Origin: Promethearchaeota archaeon | Lineage (GTDB): Archaea; Asgardarchaeota; Lokiarchaeia; Sigyniarchaeales; SOKP01 | Assembly: GCA_004524535.1 (NCBI GenBank) | Contig: SDNY01000017.1 | Location: forward strand, 1-40,599 | Direction: 5' to 3' | Length of the DNA stretch: 40,599 nt | Part shown: positions 17,827-27,459 of the stretch, one piece after another | Position numbering within the stretch: the stretch's first letter is position 1 | How the letters are laid out: each line of letters starts with the position of its first letter | The notes under the pieces: model-generated | Told to the model about the DNA's origin: nothing | Seen by the model: only the letters and a program-made list of their open reading frames with translations | Database searches by the model: none | Position numbers and translations under genes: made by a program

Positions 17827-19836
17827 TTAGAGTTCTATTTTCTTTCGTTCTTCTAATAAAGCATCAACTACAGATGGATCAGCTAAGGTCGTTACATTTC
17901 CAATTTCAGTTCCTGAAGCAATAGCTTTAAGAATTCGGCGCATAATTTTACCACTTCTTGTTTTAGGTAAGGAATTAGCAAATTGAATAATATCAGGTTG
18001 AAACACAGGACCAATTTCTTTTCTGACATGCATTTTTAGCTCTTTAACGAGATCATCTGAACCTTCTATTCCCTCCATTAAAGTCACGAAGCTCCAGATC
18101 GCTTGTCCTTTAATTTCATGTGGGAAAGGAGCAACTGCCGCTTCAGCGACTTTGGGATGGCTTACTAATGCGGATTCCACTTCCATAGTTCCAATTCTGT
18201 GTCCTGATACTTTAATTACGTCATCAAGCCGTCCTAAAATCCAATAATATCCATCTTCGTCCCTTCGTGCACCATCATCAGTATAATAATAACCAGGATA
18301 TTTTTCCAGATATGTTCTTTTGAATCGATCTGTATCACCCCATACATCTCTGAGCATGCCTGGCCAAGGATTTGGCCCTATTGAGAGATAGCCCCCCTCC
18401 TCTGGATCAGTCACTTCATCCCCTTCTATATCAAAAATGACTGGATTAATCCCAAAGAACGGTAGACAGCATGAGCCTGGTTTTGTAGGTGTTGCAGTAG
18501 CAATTGGAGTTAAAAGAAATCCGCCCGTTTCTGTTAGCCAATACTAGCTATGTGCTTGTATTTTTTGCCAATAAGTATCTATTATCGGGCACTTCTCCTT
18601 TCCTATGATTCTCCAAAACCATGTCCAAGCTTCAGGATTTATAGGCTCACCGACGGTTCCTAAGACCTTTAATGAACTGAGATCATGCCCAAGGACAGGC
18701 TTATCTCCATATCGCATTATGGATCGAATTGCTGTGGGTGCTGTGTAAAAATGAGTAATCTTATAGGTTTCAACCATATCCCAGAATCTAGATACATCGG
18801 GATATGTAGGAACTCCTTCAAACATTACCGTTGTTGCACCATTAGCTAATGGACCATAAACAATATAGCTATGACCTGTAATCCAGCCCACATCAGCTGT
18901 ACAGAACCATATATCTCCTTCTTTAATGTTGAACGCGACTCGATGTGAAAAGGATGTATAGAGAAGATATCCTGCTGTTGTATGCTTTACTCCTTTCGGC
19001 TTTCCAGTAGTTCCACTTGTATAGAGAATAAATAAGGTGTCTTCAGAGTCCATAACTTCTGGTTCACATTCCTCACTTATTCCTTCAATGAGGTCATGAT
19101 ACCAAATATCTTTATTAGTATGTGGGACTTCATTTCCAGTTCTTTTAACTACAATCACATGTTCTATTGTGGGAACTTCATCAATAATTTGAGCAACATC
19201 CGCCATTTTTGGATAGGTTTTTCCAGCTCTGGCTGTTTCATCACTAGTAAATAAAAGCTTAGAGTTTGAATCACCTATTCTATCTTTTACGGCTTCTTTG
19301 GAAAACCCTCCAAATACAATAGAATGAATGACACCTAGTCGTGCACATGCTAGCATTATAATAGCTAATTCTGGAATCATAGGAAGCCAAATGGTGACCC
19401 TATCTCCTTTCTTCAGCCCTAATTTTTTCATTCCATTAGCAACTTTACAAACTTCACTTTTAAGCTGGTCAAATGTAAATGTCCTTCCCTTCCAAGGTTC
19501 ATCTGCTTCCCATATTATTGCTAATTTATCTCCTTTTCCTGCTTTTATATGACGGTCAATGCAATTATAACTAACATTTAGTTTTCCTCCTATAAACCAT
19601 CTACCTGGGAATAAATCTCCACTAGTTCTCTCCCAGACTTTCTCATAAGGTTCAAACCAGTCTAAAGATTGTGCCTGTTCACCCCAAAAACCTTCAAGGT
19701 CTTCTACACTTCGTTTCCACATCTCTTTATATTCATCAAAAGACAATCCTGTTTTGGCAAATTCTGGATTTAACTTTACTGGATCAAATACTCTTGTTTC
19801 AGTCAAAACTGTTGCGATTTTTTCTTCTTTCGACAT
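17827..19836 (-). CDS. acs: acetyl-CoA synthetase (AMP-forming), interrupted by a 30-nt in-frame insertion containing TAG
   Basis: The two ORF-track pieces are in one frame. Motifs YTSGTTGKPKG, ADVGWITGHSY, VGEPIN, GRLDD and PKTRSGKIMRR are intact. The junction reads DT-YWQ-KIQAHS*-YWL-TETGG; removing 30 nt gives 659 aa. Confidence 0.93.
18534..18563 (-). other. 30-nt insertion in acs: candidate bulge-helix-bulge intron or duplication footprint
   Basis: Minus strand AAATACAAGCACATAGCTAGTATTGGCTAA, with an internal hairpin AATAC-A-AGC-ACATA-GCT-A-GTATT. Excision restores TAT TGG CAA ACA GAA ACG (YWQTET). Confidence 0.6.
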
Positions 19837-20005
19837 TTAATCTCACTATCTTTATGTCCATTATGAATTAAGATTTCCAATTCAAGTATTAATATAAAAT
19901 AATTTAAAGATTTATTTTCTTTCTCCTAATAATTTATAAACTACAAGCTATTTAAGATTTATAAAATAAAAACTATTTTAGAGATTCTTGAATTAGATTG
20001 AAATA

Positions 20006-20212
20006 TTAGAAAATGAGACATATAAGAATAACCATAAGAATTAACATAAGAATTCCTAATTCTACTAATAAAACAAGAATTATTTTACCCATATTATTTG
20101 AGAGCGAGCTTTTTCGGCTTAAGTTCAAGCGAATACAAGAAGAACACATCCCATTGAAATTTTCAAATTGATGTTCCGAAATTACATCTCCACAATTTAT
20201 ACAATATTGCAT
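20006..20212 (-). CDS. small zinc-finger protein with C-terminal TM helix
   Basis: CxxC-x14-CxxC followed by a long hydrophobic tail. Confidence 0.6.
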   Translation of the reverse strand: MQYCINCGDVISEHQFENFNGMCSSCIRLNLSRKSSLSNNMGKIILVLLVELGILMLILMVILICLIF

Positions 20213-20390
20213 TTAATATATGCACTTTCCCATTAAGAATTCATTGATTTAAATTCAGCGATAGTTTAAATTTATGTAATTTTACTATTTAAAAATTATT
20301 AATTATTGATCAAATTATTTATGAAAGCAAAATCTGAATTAATTATAGTTTAGAAATTGTTTTTAAAGTATCGGATCTTATTGTTATAAA

Positions 20391-21311
20391 ATGGGATTAT
20401 TTAGTTTTGAAAATATAATAAGTCTAATTTCCATGGGACCATCATTTTTACAATCAATAGTAAGAAATGTTCCGTTTTATGTGAATTATGATTTAACTTG
20501 GCAATGTAACTTAAAATGTAAGCATTGTTATTTTTTCTCATCAACAACGGAATTAAAAAATAAAAGAAGAGAATTATCCAGCGAAGAGTGGATTAAGGTT
20601 TTTAAATACCATAGAAAGTTAGGAACAAAAATAGCTGTTTTAACTGGTGGAGAACCTACTTTAAGAATAGATGTTATAAAAGAAGCGATTAAAATTTTCC
20701 CCTCAGTTCAAGTTGTATCAAATGGAGTTATACAATTACCTCGATTTAATGGATATAAACAACCAAAATACTGGGTGAGTTTAGATGGTACTAAGGAAAC
20801 TCATGATAAGATAAGAGGTGTGAAGGTTTTTGATAAAGTCATACAAACTATTCGGGAAAGCAATCCTGTTGTTACATCAACCATCATGACATTAAATCAT
20901 AAGGAAATTGAAGATATTGTTAAGATTGCTCACGATAATGGTGCTTCTGGATTTGTTTTTTTATTGTATACTGGTTATCCTAATGATCCACTTTTATTAA
21001 AAGGAAATATTTTAAAAAAGACAATTAAAGACATTTTAAAAGTAATGCGTGAATATGAAAATTTTATTTGTTATTCAAAAAAAATGTTGGAAGTATACCT
21101 GTCAAAAGAATTTGTACCACATTGCATATTTAAAACTGGTCAAATAAAAAGTTTCTATCCTGATGGAGAACAAAAGTTTTGTGTCATGGGAAATTCACCA
21201 CTATTATGTGAAAATTGTGGTTGTATAGTACCGATTGCTGCTTATGCCTTATTTAAGAAATTTGATTCTGGTACAGTTGATAAAGCGAGAAAATTGTTTA
21301 ATCTTTCATAA
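20391..21311 (+). CDS. radical SAM protein
   Basis: CNLKCKHC, TGGEP, VSLDG and HDKIRG motifs; C-terminal Cys cluster (C...C...CENCGC). Confidence 0.9.
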   Translation: MGLFSFENIISLISMGPSFLQSIVRNVPFYVNYDLTWQCNLKCKHCYFFSSTTELKNKRRELSSEEWIKVFKYHRKLGTKIAVLTGGEPTLRIDVIKEAIKIFPSVQVVSNGVIQLPRFNGYKQPKYWVSLDGTKETHDKIRGVKVFDKVIQTIRESNPVVTSTIMTLNHKEIEDIVKIAHDNGASGFVFLLYTGYPNDPLLLKGNILKKTIKDILKVMREYENFICYSKKMLEVYLSKEFVPHCIFKTGQIKSFYPDGEQKFCVMGNSPLLCENCGCIVPIAAYALFKKFDSGTVDKARKLFNLS

Positions 21312-21551
21312 AAAATAAGCACGGATTTTTCTCTTGCCAATTATGGACTTTTTCTTTTTTATCCATAAATTTACACATATTAAAATTCTAAATGCGATTA
21401 TGTGTTATTAATAAAAGAAGTAAGAACTCAATTATTTTTAAACATTTATTTTAAGTTTCATAAATATTTAATGAATAAAAGTGTAAAAAAATAATAATAC
21501 AGTATGACTATATTTATAACAAATAAATAGATACCTTTTTGCGCGTTTGGA

Positions 21552-23444
21552 ATGAAGAAAATGGAAAATATTGAATCTAACTGGAGAGAAAAATGGAAAG
21601 ACAAGGAAATTACTACTGAAGAAGCAATTAAAATGATCATTCCGGGAAATAGAGTATTTATTGGTACTGGGTGTTCTAAACCACAGGCATTAATTACCGA
21701 ATTAATAAAACAAGCTGTAAGGCTAATAGACACAGAAATCCTTCACTTCTTAGATATTGGTCTTGAAAAATACTTTGATAAAAACGCCGAAGATCTTTTT
21801 AGACATAATACCCTTTTCATAGGAGCTAATCTAAGAGAGGAAATTAACAAAGGAAAGGCAGATTATACTCCTATTTATGCTAGCGAAATTCCTTCTTTAA
21901 TTCTTTCTGGACGAAAACATATTGATGTAGCTCTTATTCAAGTCACACCTCCAGATCCTTACGGATTTTGCTCTTTTGGAATAAATGTAGATATAACAAA
22001 ACCTATCTCTCAATCAGCATATTTAACTATTGCTGAAATAAATCCTCAAATGCCGAGAACCCTTGGAGATAGTTTTATTCATATGAAAGAAATTAATTAT
22101 TTTGTTTATAATGATACCCCCTTAATAGAATATCATTTTGATGAACCTGATGAGATTGCTGAAAGAATAGGCCAAAATGTAGCTAATTTAATTCAGAATA
22201 AATCAACAATTCATGTGGGTTTTGGAGATTTACCGAATGAAGTACTAAAACATCTGGGAGAAAAAAAAGATTTAGGAATGCACTCTCACTATATTACGAA
22301 TAATATCATTCCCTTAATCGAAAAGGGTGTGTTAACATGTAGAAAAAAGAATATCTTTCCAGGAAAGATTATTACTAGTTTCGCATTAGGAACTAAAAAA
22401 TTGTATGATTTTATAAACACAAATCCTTTCATTGAATTCTATCCATCAGATCAGGTTTGCGATCCCCGATTTATTGGAAAAAACAAAAACTTAGTTTCAA
22501 TTAATTCTGCTAGACAGATTGATTTAACTGGACAAGTTAATGCTTCAACAGAAGGATATAAATTTTATTCAGGATTGGGTGAAACTATAGATTTTATGAG
22601 AGGTGCTGCGTTTTCTAAAGGAGGAAAACCCATTATAATATTACCATCAACAACAAGAGATGGTAAAAAATCCCGAATTGTGCCCCATTTAGATGAAGGT
22701 GCCGGAGTTATGTTATCTCGTGGAGATGTCCATTATATTATAACCGAATGGGGTGTTGCGCATTTACACGGGAAAACTATTCGCGATCGAGCCCTTGAAC
22801 TAATCTGTATAGCGCATCCTAAGTTTAGGCCACAATTATTAGAGGAAGCTAAAAGATTAAATTATATCTATTCTGACCAAATGTTATGTTGTGATGAGGA
22901 TGGAGAGATTTGTATTTACCCAAAACAATATGAGACCTATTTTAAGTCGAAACAAAACGAAAAAATTATCATTCGTCCTGTAAAAACTACTGATGAACCT
23001 CTTTTAAGAGAGTTATATTATTCATTAGATGAAAAAGATCGATACTTACGATTTTTTGAAATTAAAAAAGAATTTACTCATTCAAAAACTCAAAGCGAAG
23101 TAAATATTGATTATAATGACGTATTTTCGATTGGAGCGTTTATCGGAGATCTTTCAAATCAAAAAATGATTGGAAATGCGACATATTATTATAATCCAAG
23201 AAATAACATGGCAGAATTTAGTTTCATCGTGAGTAGTGAATGGCGTGGGCATGGTATCGGTTCCTACCTTTTAAATCACTTAATCATAATTGCTAAAGAA
23301 AAAGGAATTCGGGGGTTCTATGGAACGATTCATATTCAAAATAAATCTACTATACATCTATTTCAAAGACTTGGAACAAAAATCACTCCTCCTGAACCGG
23401 GAGAAAATGAACTATTTTATGAATTATTCTTTGAAAGAGAATAA
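21552..23444 (+). CDS. acetyl-CoA hydrolase/transferase fused to a C-terminal GNAT domain
   Basis: IDVALIQVTPPD, IDLTGQV, DFMRGA, GGKPII, TEWGVA and IAHPKFR motifs; GNAT motif A WRGHGIGSYL. Confidence 0.9.
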   Translation: MKKMENIESNWREKWKDKEITTEEAIKMIIPGNRVFIGTGCSKPQALITELIKQAVRLIDTEILHFLDIGLEKYFDKNAEDLFRHNTLFIGANLREEINKGKADYTPIYASEIPSLILSGRKHIDVALIQVTPPDPYGFCSFGINVDITKPISQSAYLTIAEINPQMPRTLGDSFIHMKEINYFVYNDTPLIEYHFDEPDEIAERIGQNVANLIQNKSTIHVGFGDLPNEVLKHLGEKKDLGMHSHYITNNIIPLIEKGVLTCRKKNIFPGKIITSFALGTKKLYDFINTNPFIEFYPSDQVCDPRFIGKNKNLVSINSARQIDLTGQVNASTEGYKFYSGLGETIDFMRGAAFSKGGKPIIILPSTTRDGKKSRIVPHLDEGAGVMLSRGDVHYIITEWGVAHLHGKTIRDRALELICIAHPKFRPQLLEEAKRLNYIYSDQMLCCDEDGEICIYPKQYETYFKSKQNEKIIIRPVKTTDEPLLRELYYSLDEKDRYLRFFEIKKEFTHSKTQSEVNIDYNDVFSIGAFIGDLSNQKMIGNATYYYNPRNNMAEFSFIVSSEWRGHGIGSYLLNHLIIIAKEKGIRGFYGTIHIQNKSTIHLFQRLGTKITPPEPGENELFYELFFERE

Positions 23445-23503
23445 TTAATTAATCACTCAAGAAATATGGGAAATAAATATTTATATTTAAGAGGTTGTTA
23501 AAG

Positions 23504-23650
23504 ATGATGAGAAGTAGAGAAGAAGAACATATAGAAGGAGGAGGTCGTATTCGTAGCATTATTTTAGGATTGAATGATGGGTTGATCTCAACATTTACTC
23601 TTTTAGTTGGTATAGCAGCCGATTGCAATGTCTATTTTGACATCTCTTAG
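23504..23650 (+). pseudogene. truncated 5' fragment of a VIT1/CCC1 gene
   Basis: MMRSREEEHIEGGGRIRSIILGLNDGLISTFTLLVGIAA, then unrelated sequence and TAG. Matches the N-terminus of the intact gene at 25940. Confidence 0.88.
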
Positions 23651-24237
23651 GGGTGTTAAACATTCTTTTATCACTCTTGTTTTGGTTTCTTTTTGTTTTA
23701 AGGTTTTTGTTCGTTAAAAACCTTAAAAACCCTTAAATTATAATTATATTTATCTTTTTTTTTTTATTTTTTATTCTCTCTTTATTTTCTTATTTTCTTT
23801 TTATTATTACTCCTGTTGATTTGAGGATATTAAGAAAACTAAAAAAAAATGAATAAAACAAGAAACAAGGCTATATTATTTATTTGTCGATAAAATGAAT
23901 GGTGGCTTTTGCTGGGTTTCAGTTATTCGACAATTCGTTGATCTTAATCAGAATTCTTTTTAGGGGGAAAATCTGGAATGCTCTGAATTCTCGTTATGGG
24001 GAGATCAAAGAAAAATATTTAGAAGTTCTAAACTTTTTTAAAAAAAAGAGGATGAACAAGTATTTCAAGACTCCCAAAAGGTATAAAATCAGCTCGTCCT
24101 ATAAGCATGGTGCAACCAAAAGACAAAAATCCATATATCTTGAAAAGTCTTGTTCATTAAATATTATTTTAAATTGAGGTATTTAAAGTTCGACAAAAAT
24201 GAGATAAAAATAAAAGAATAATAAAAAAAATAAATAA

Positions 24238-24744
24238 TTAGTTGGTTTGTTCGGTGTCTTCACGAAGACGGGGGCATTCATTGATTGCTTTTTTGAAGAT
24301 AATTTTATACAGCGTGCGTTCTGAGATAATCCCATCTTTGAATAATTCTTGAGGATTGTTGTTATAGGAAGGATCTAAAGTGATCTGAATGCCTTTAGAA
24401 GTCGGCGATATCGTTCCCCAGACAAAATATCCTAATTTCCCGGACTGAATTGCTTTAATTACCTCTACCTTTGAGTTTAATTCTTTTGGATTCAATTCCT
24501 TACTCATTGTGAATTCTCTCTCTCTTTCTTTCTTTCGTTGCTCTTCGCAAAATGCAAAAGTCTCAATCATGGATCTTTCTTCTTCTTCTTTTGAAAGGGG
24601 TTCATTCGGTTCATCCCAAAATTCATCATCTTCTAAATAATCATCCACAACTAAATGATATTCCCCATCCGTATAAACATACTTCTCATTGAATTCTTTA
24701 TTTTCATCTTCATCTTCATCATACTTATTCATGGGAATATTCAC
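24238..24744 (-). CDS. hypothetical acidic protein (insert cargo)
   Basis: 168-aa ORF with an acidic N-terminal half, overlapping the upstream ORF. Confidence 0.65.
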   Translation of the reverse strand: MNIPMNKYDEDEDENKEFNEKYVYTDGEYHLVVDDYLEDDEFWDEPNEPLSKEEEERSMIETFAFCEEQRKKEREREFTMSKELNPKELNSKVEVIKAIQSGKLGYFVWGTISPTSKGIQITLDPSYNNNPQELFKDGIISERTLYKIIFKKAINECPRLREDTEQTN

Positions 24745-24967
24745 CTTTCACATAAGGAATTATAATTACAATCTCTGTGGCTTCTTGTTCATAGAAAAAA
24801 TGATCTACAAAATCTTGAAATGTGGTGTAAGAGTCAAAAAATAAATCCCCAGACGCGATCATCCTGTTGCCTTTATGCACTTCAAAAAAGTATTTTTTAC
24901 AATTAAATTTATGTTGTAGAATGCTCTCAAATTCCTCTGCAGTTAATTTTCTTTCTTTAAGAGTCAT
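24725..24967 (-). CDS. hypothetical protein (insert cargo)
   Basis: 80-aa ORF with globular composition, coupled to 24238-24744. Confidence 0.55.
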   Translation of the reverse strand: MTLKERKLTAEEFESILQHKFNCKKYFFEVHKGNRMIASGDLFFDSYTTFQDFVDHFFYEQEATEIVIIIPYVKGEYSHE

Positions 24968-25061
24968 ATAAATAAAGAATAAATACGGATATAAATAAAA
25001 ATAGAGACCGCAGATTTACAAACAATTCTTTTTTGACTCCACTTTTTCCGAAAAAGTGGAA

Positions 25062-25547
25062 ACTACATCTTTCAAAGGCTTTTGGTGTGGTTCTCGGCGT
25101 TATACTGCTTGTAATGAAGCGTTCCCAAAAAATGAATGCATGATCCACAATTTAGCCTTTTATGAAATGTAAGTTCATGGTAATTGTTTTTATTATATTT
25201 TTATTATGGTCTTTTCCTGTTAAAATATCTTTTCTCCAAAAAGACTAACTAATTTATTATAATCTGCATAAAAGTGGTCTTAAATCCTTTCCGATTTATC
25301 CTTTTTGAAAAAGAAATTTAAATTTAAATTTAAAAAATTTAGAGAAAATAGATTTGATTTTATGCGTGAATCCGTGTTTCAAGTTATCTTTTTTTCTCTT
25401 TTTCTTTTTTATTTTTTTTATTACAGGAGTAAAAAACTAAGATGGGTATATTCTCTAAAAAAAGATCTTCGTTCTATGCACAATCATCCCGACCATACAC
25501 AATATACAATACATAACACCACGCCAAAAGCCTTTGAAAGATGTAGT
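25062..25547. repeat. 30-bp inverted repeat pair (1 mismatch) around a 426-bp spacer
   Basis: ACTACATCTTTCAAAGGCTTTTGGTGTGGT 25062-25091 versus ACCACGCCAAAAGCCTTTGAAAGATGTAGT 25518-25547. Confidence 0.9.
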
Positions 25548-25939
25548 CAATAGCTATTGAAAATAGCTATCATTGGATCTCTCACGACTAACGGTTTAAA
25601 AGGCTTCACTATGGAGATAACAATTACATAATGAAGGCACATACTATTTTTTCGGCGTAAAAATGAAGGGTTTGGCTGAAGTCTTCAACTTATCGACTAT
25701 TCATTATATTCAACCCGGATTTCCTATAAGAAGAGATCGGAAATAAAAATGCTCTGAATTACTCTTGGGGGTAAAATCAGATTACTAAATAGAATAAAAA
25801 AAAAAGAAATAATAAATATTGATTCTGTATAAAGAAAATTCAAAATTTAGATATGTAAATTATTCTTTGAAAGAGAATAATTAATTAATCACTCAAGATA
25901 TAGGGGAAATAAAGTTCAATATTTAAGAGGTTGTTAAAG

Positions 25940-26653
25940 TTGATGAGAAGCAGAGAAGAAGAACATATTGCTGGAGGAAGTAAAGTTAGAAGCATTATCC
26001 TCGGATTGAATGATGGTCTAATTTCTACCTTTACTTTATTAGTCGGTGTTGCTGCTGCAACTCTTGTTGCTACGGGAGGAAATTCTATAGTGATTTTAAC
26101 TGGGATCGCCGCGACCATTTCAGGGGCAATATCGATGGGGTTAGGAGAATATGTTTCTTCCAAATCAGAGTATAATTATATTAAAAATGAGATGAAGAAA
26201 GAAGCCGCTGAAATCGAATTATTTCCAGATGAAGAAAAACTAGAAGTAAGAGATATGTTTGAGGAGATGGGATTAAAAGGAGATACGTTAAATACATGTG
26301 TAGACACGATAACTTCAAATAAAGAAACTTGGCTTAATTTCCTCTTAAAAAGTGAATTAGGATTGGAAGAACCCGAAAATCCCGTATTAGGAGCAATATT
26401 AACTTTTATTTCTTTTATTATCGGGGCAGCAATTCCGCTCTCACCATATTTTCTAGACTTAGGAATAATATCATTGATTATAAGTTCAATAATTTCTTTC
26501 TCAATGCTTGCGTTTGTGGGATCAATGAAAACAAAAATCACAGGTGAGAAGAAGTGGAAGGGTGCATTAGAAATGATAATTATCGGAACTATTGCTTTTA
26601 TATGTTCTTACTCAATTGGATTATGGCTTGAGCAGTTCATAGCAGGGTTATGA
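25940..26653 (+). CDS. VIT1/CCC1 family Fe/Mn transporter
   Basis: IILGLNDGL and GAISMGLGEYVS motifs, EL-rich cytoplasmic domain. GAGGT SD at 25927-25931 favours a start at 25940/25943. Confidence 0.92.
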   Translation: MMRSREEEHIAGGSKVRSIILGLNDGLISTFTLLVGVAAATLVATGGNSIVILTGIAATISGAISMGLGEYVSSKSEYNYIKNEMKKEAAEIELFPDEEKLEVRDMFEEMGLKGDTLNTCVDTITSNKETWLNFLLKSELGLEEPENPVLGAILTFISFIIGAAIPLSPYFLDLGIISLIISSIISFSMLAFVGSMKTKITGEKKWKGALEMIIIGTIAFICSYSIGLWLEQFIAGL

Positions 26654-26659
26654 ATAAAT

Positions 26660-27229
26660 TCAATCAATTTTTTTGAAAAATTTTTGTTCATGATCACAAT
26701 TAGGACAAGTTTTTGGAGCTTCCCCTAATACAACATTTCCACAAATAGAGCATACATGTATTTCAGTTGGTTTAAAATTTTCCTTTTTATCAAGTTTTTT
26801 TAGATATGCAATGTATAATTTACTATGAACTATTTCAGCTTTTCTTGCTAAATCAAATGAGAATTCTGCTAAATAAAGATCTTCTCTTTTAGCGTCTTTT
26901 ATAAAACTTTTATACATTTCTTTGAATTCAAAAGTCTCTCCTGCTATTGCTTGAATAAGGTTATTTCTTGTATCTTTAACTTGTTTTTTTAACTCATCTT
27001 CATTGATTTTAACGATTTCATTTATATTAACTTCAGAATTGGTAATTTTTGCTATTGCTTGTGTATGATTCTTTATATGTATACTTTCTGCAGAGGATAT
27101 TGCTCTAAATAAATGAGCTATTTCAGGGTAATTCTCTTTTTCTGCCTGTTCAGCGAAGAGTACGTATTTTAATTTAGCATTGGTTTCTCCTTTTATCGCC
27201 TCTTTTAAATGGTCTACAATTAATGACAT
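26660..27229 (-). CDS. rbr: rubrerythrin
   Basis: GETNA..KY, AESIH, GETFE..MY and AEIVH di-iron ligands; C-terminal CSICG...CPNC. Confidence 0.92.
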   Translation of the reverse strand: MSLIVDHLKEAIKGETNAKLKYVLFAEQAEKENYPEIAHLFRAISSAESIHIKNHTQAIAKITNSEVNINEIVKINEDELKKQVKDTRNNLIQAIAGETFEFKEMYKSFIKDAKREDLYLAEFSFDLARKAEIVHSKLYIAYLKKLDKKENFKPTEIHVCSICGNVVLGEAPKTCPNCDHEQKFFKKID

Positions 27230-27393
27230 TTCAATCTAATCTAATTTTTTTTTCTGAAATATATAAGGTTCTTTTTCTTTTAAGAATTTATTACTATCCT
27301 AAGAAAAATTCTTTCAATGAAAAACCTATTCTTTATAAATAATAAATAAATAATAATATATAATATTCAAAATCAAGTAAATGGAAAAGAAAA

Positions 27394-27459
27394 ATGATTA
27401 GAAAAAACTTAATAGTTCCTTCATCAACTTGGTTTTGTATTTGTTGTTGGCACGCATAG
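27394..27459 (+). CDS. putative trp leader peptide MIRKNLIVPSSTWFCICCWHA
   Basis: 21-codon uORF with 2 TGG codons, ending 176 nt before trpD; homologous to the uORF before trpE. Confidence 0.7.
   Translation: MIRKNLIVPSSTWFCICCWHA

Larger units (their letters stand above)
23422..25898. mobile_element. 2.4-kb integrated insert bounded by a perfect 41-bp direct repeat (att-like), with no integrase
   Basis: AATTATTCTTTGAAAGAGAATAATTAATTAATCACTCAAGA at 23422-23462 and 25858-25898 covers the 3' end of the hydrolase-GNAT gene. Colinear diverged similarity continues to 23620/26056. Confidence 0.7.

Noticed and set aside
18544-18546. Pyrrolysine or amber read-through of the in-frame TAG in acs
   Set aside because: Read-through would leave 10 extra residues inside the AMP-binding YWQTE motif. 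No pyl genes are in the window, and TAG terminates other genes here (e.g. 15556, 17808).
17827-19836. acs as two separate genes or a frameshift
   Set aside because: Both ORFs are in the same frame, and the gap encodes continuous Acs sequence (TETGGFLLTP...KPGSCCLPFFGI).
23899-24177. 92-aa + strand ORF inside the island
   Set aside because: No motif or clear SD and an AT-driven composition; cannot be supported as a gene.
24957-25553. Two ORFs sharing TTPKAFERCS as a paralogous peptide family
   Set aside because: The shared peptide is simply the 30-bp inverted repeat read on opposite strands; the rest is low-complexity.
27381-27401. MEKKND* mini-ORF overlapping the trpD leader start
   Set aside because: Six codons, no Trp and no counterpart in the trpE leader; probably chance.
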